Source: Guillardia theta CCMP2712
Lineage: Eukaryota > Protista > Cryptophyta
Reading direction: 5' to 3'
DNA: 64,000 nucleotides
Assembly (NCBI RefSeq): GCF_000315625.1
Contig: NW_005434669.1
Coordinates: 1,087,245 to 1,151,244, forward strand
Made by a program: the position numbers and the translations under genes. The notes beneath the pieces were generated by a model. That model worked only from the letters and a program-made list of their open reading frames with translations. It ran no database searches and was not told where the DNA came from. Position 1 is the first letter of the stretch. Each line of letters begins with the position of its first letter. Positions 61,958-64,000 of the stretch are shown here, piece after piece.

Positions 61958-63920
61958 ATGCTCCTGCTCCTCCTTCTCGTGCTGCTCAGTCTGTTGGAAG
62001 GTTGTCAAGTAGGATAGAGCAGGTCAGAGGTCTCACGGCAGTGCTGATATAATCGAGGATGAAGCGCATGACTTCGAAGAACTTGCGGGCTAGTCAAACT
62101 CGGGCCACGTCCTTCTCCTCCTACCTGACGCCTCGTAGCGTGATCTCTGAAGTCCAGGACAGTCGAAGAAGTTCTTCCCCTGCCCGTTCATCAGCAAGGA
62201 TGAGATCGATAGAAGGAAGGGGGAAGAGCAGGAAGCAGGTGAAGGGGGAGGAGCAGGAGGAGGAGGAGGAGGAGGAGGAGAAGGTAGTTACTTGACGCGG
62301 ATGGAAAGGTTCTGTCTCTCATCGTTCGCTTCCTCCTCCTCCTTCCGAATCTCCCACATCTCGGCGATGTCGTCGACGAAGATGCTATCCTCAGCTCGCT
62401 CCCATCGCTTCGCTACCCCCACCTTGTCGTCACTCGAGTAAACTTCCAGGCTGCCGCTGTTGCAGTTGTAGAGGATCGTCCGGGAGCGCTTGGCGGGGGC
62501 GGTGAGAGCAAACTGGATGGAAAGATGCTCCTTCTTGACTTGTTGCAGCTGCCACTACCTCAGCGCTGGCAGCAGTTGCTGAAGATACCTCAGAATACTT
62601 CGCTTGCAGCAGATGCTTCTTCTTGCCGAACAAGTTGGTTAGCTTGCTGACTAGAGCAAGCCTGGAGTAGAAGGCCTGGGGAGGAATTTCAGATGTTTCC
62701 AGGAGAAAGAGGAGAAGAGCAGGAGGAGGAGGAGGAGGAGGAGGAGGAGGAGGAGGAGGAGGAGGAGGAGGAGGAGGAGGAGGAGGAGGAGGAGGAGGAG
62801 GAGGAGGAGGAGAGCAGGAGGAGGAGAAGGAGGAGAGCAGGAAGAGGAGGAAGGAGTATGAATAGATAGAGGACAGCAGGAGGTCATACAAGTTTCTCCT
62901 GTCGCTTCATCATGTCCTGATTTGCGCCAGTCACACAGGGAGCAAGAGATCAAGTTTGTCTCACTTCAAACCGCAGGGCCTTCGATCCCGCCACGTTCAA
63001 ACTCAACGTGTAAACGACATCCTACTTGCCGTCACTTCCTCCGCCAGTTTCTCAACCAACAGTTCTCACTTGGAAATGTAAGTCTGTTCCATCAGCGTTT
63101 CCATCCAGCAGCTCAATCCTGATGCTTCGGAACCTTATCTGATGCGAGCATACATCAACGCCTTGACATGTTATGCTGCTGTTGTATCACCTGGTCTGCT
63201 AGAGCGCAAGTCCCAAGAGGGCAATGGTGGTAATGGAGCTTCTCAAGAAGACCTCTGCAGCATGAATATGTAGGTTACAATCAGTGTGAGATGTTGGTGG
63301 AGTCAGTAAAGACAGTAGGAGAACAGATTGATGTTGCAAAGTTTTCACCTCAATTTCCATATCGGCATCTTATCTTGCGTTCCGACAACCTGTCATGTTG
63401 TCAGGATCAAAGGCGCTGGTGAATAGTTTGTTCTTTCACCTCGGACCAGCATCTGCGAAACGTTTGCAAATCGTGTGTCTGAAGTACGAACTTTGTTTCA
63501 GCTGTTGAAAGTTGTGAGATCGCAAACAGCCAACGAGAAAGTGATAGGGGAGAAACGATACAACAAAGAGATAGTTAAAATGATAGCATCATGCATCGGA
63601 TATAGTCATGAGGGAACAATATTCGACGATACTGACCAGTAAATGTTAAAAAGTTGTCCAGCAGAACAGCCACAAACAGGTTAAGAAGTACAAAGGTTAC
63701 AATCTAACGAACATGTCACCGACAACAAAGGATCCCCACACTCTGCAAACCAAGTAGAATGCATCAAAGAACAAGACAGCAAACAGTCTGTTCCCACAAT
63801 CATTGTAATCCTCCCAGACACCTTTTGAGTTCTGTCTTGCAGGTCAGTTCCTTCTCCTCCTACTTCCCCCGTCCTCCTTGCCTTGATGCACTTTGTGCAG
63901 ATGGTGCATGCTGGCTGCTC
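61454..63920 (-). CDS. Multi-exon hypothetical protein, possibly incomplete at the window edge
   Basis: Protein-like exons (AFYSRLALVSKLTNLFGKKKHLLQAKYSE; VAKRWERAEDSIFVDDIAEMWEIRKEEE; KMILEALQQNEFLE) between microsatellite introns. Confidence 0.45.
62721..62811 (+). repeat. (GGA)~30 intron microsatellite
   Basis: Directly visible. Confidence 0.95.
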
Positions 63921-64000
63921 TACCGAGGCATCCCACAAGGCCACTCGGAACCCTCCTCCTGTTGCTGCCTACACTCCAGATGAACACGAGAGGAAGCCAG

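Overview
Gene-dense, intron-rich eukaryotic nuclear DNA. It has many ~45-60 bp GT-AG introns, several GC-AG introns, and longer introns filled with purine/pyrimidine microsatellites. Bipartite (signal + transit peptide) leaders, including SSSSA|FSP, point to an alga with a complex red plastid; a cryptophyte such as Guillardia/Hanusia is my inference, not a database result. About 19 genes can be reconstructed: a ~2,700-aa IP3-receptor-family Ca2+ channel, cactin, a TPR-class I cyclic nucleotide phosphodiesterase, a SHAQKYF-class MYB factor, three genes with CtpA-type PDZ domains (one is signal peptide-3xPDZ-2xUBA), a cytochrome b5, a plastid-targeted phosphoglycerate-dehydrogenase-like enzyme, nuclear ycf23, UBE3D/Ipa1, NDUFA9, a type II glycosyltransferase-like protein, an intronless gene resembling an environmental-Chlamydiae protein family, and several unknowns. 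Most short ORFs in the track are microsatellite or antisense artefacts. The most striking unexplained structure is non-coding. CpG-rich islands built from a shared set of short, often palindromic words sit at head-to-tail gene junctions and are absent from tail-to-tail junctions. They are usually followed by a separate ACCC-rich block just upstream of the next start codon. All exon boundaries and family assignments were made by eye and are approximate.
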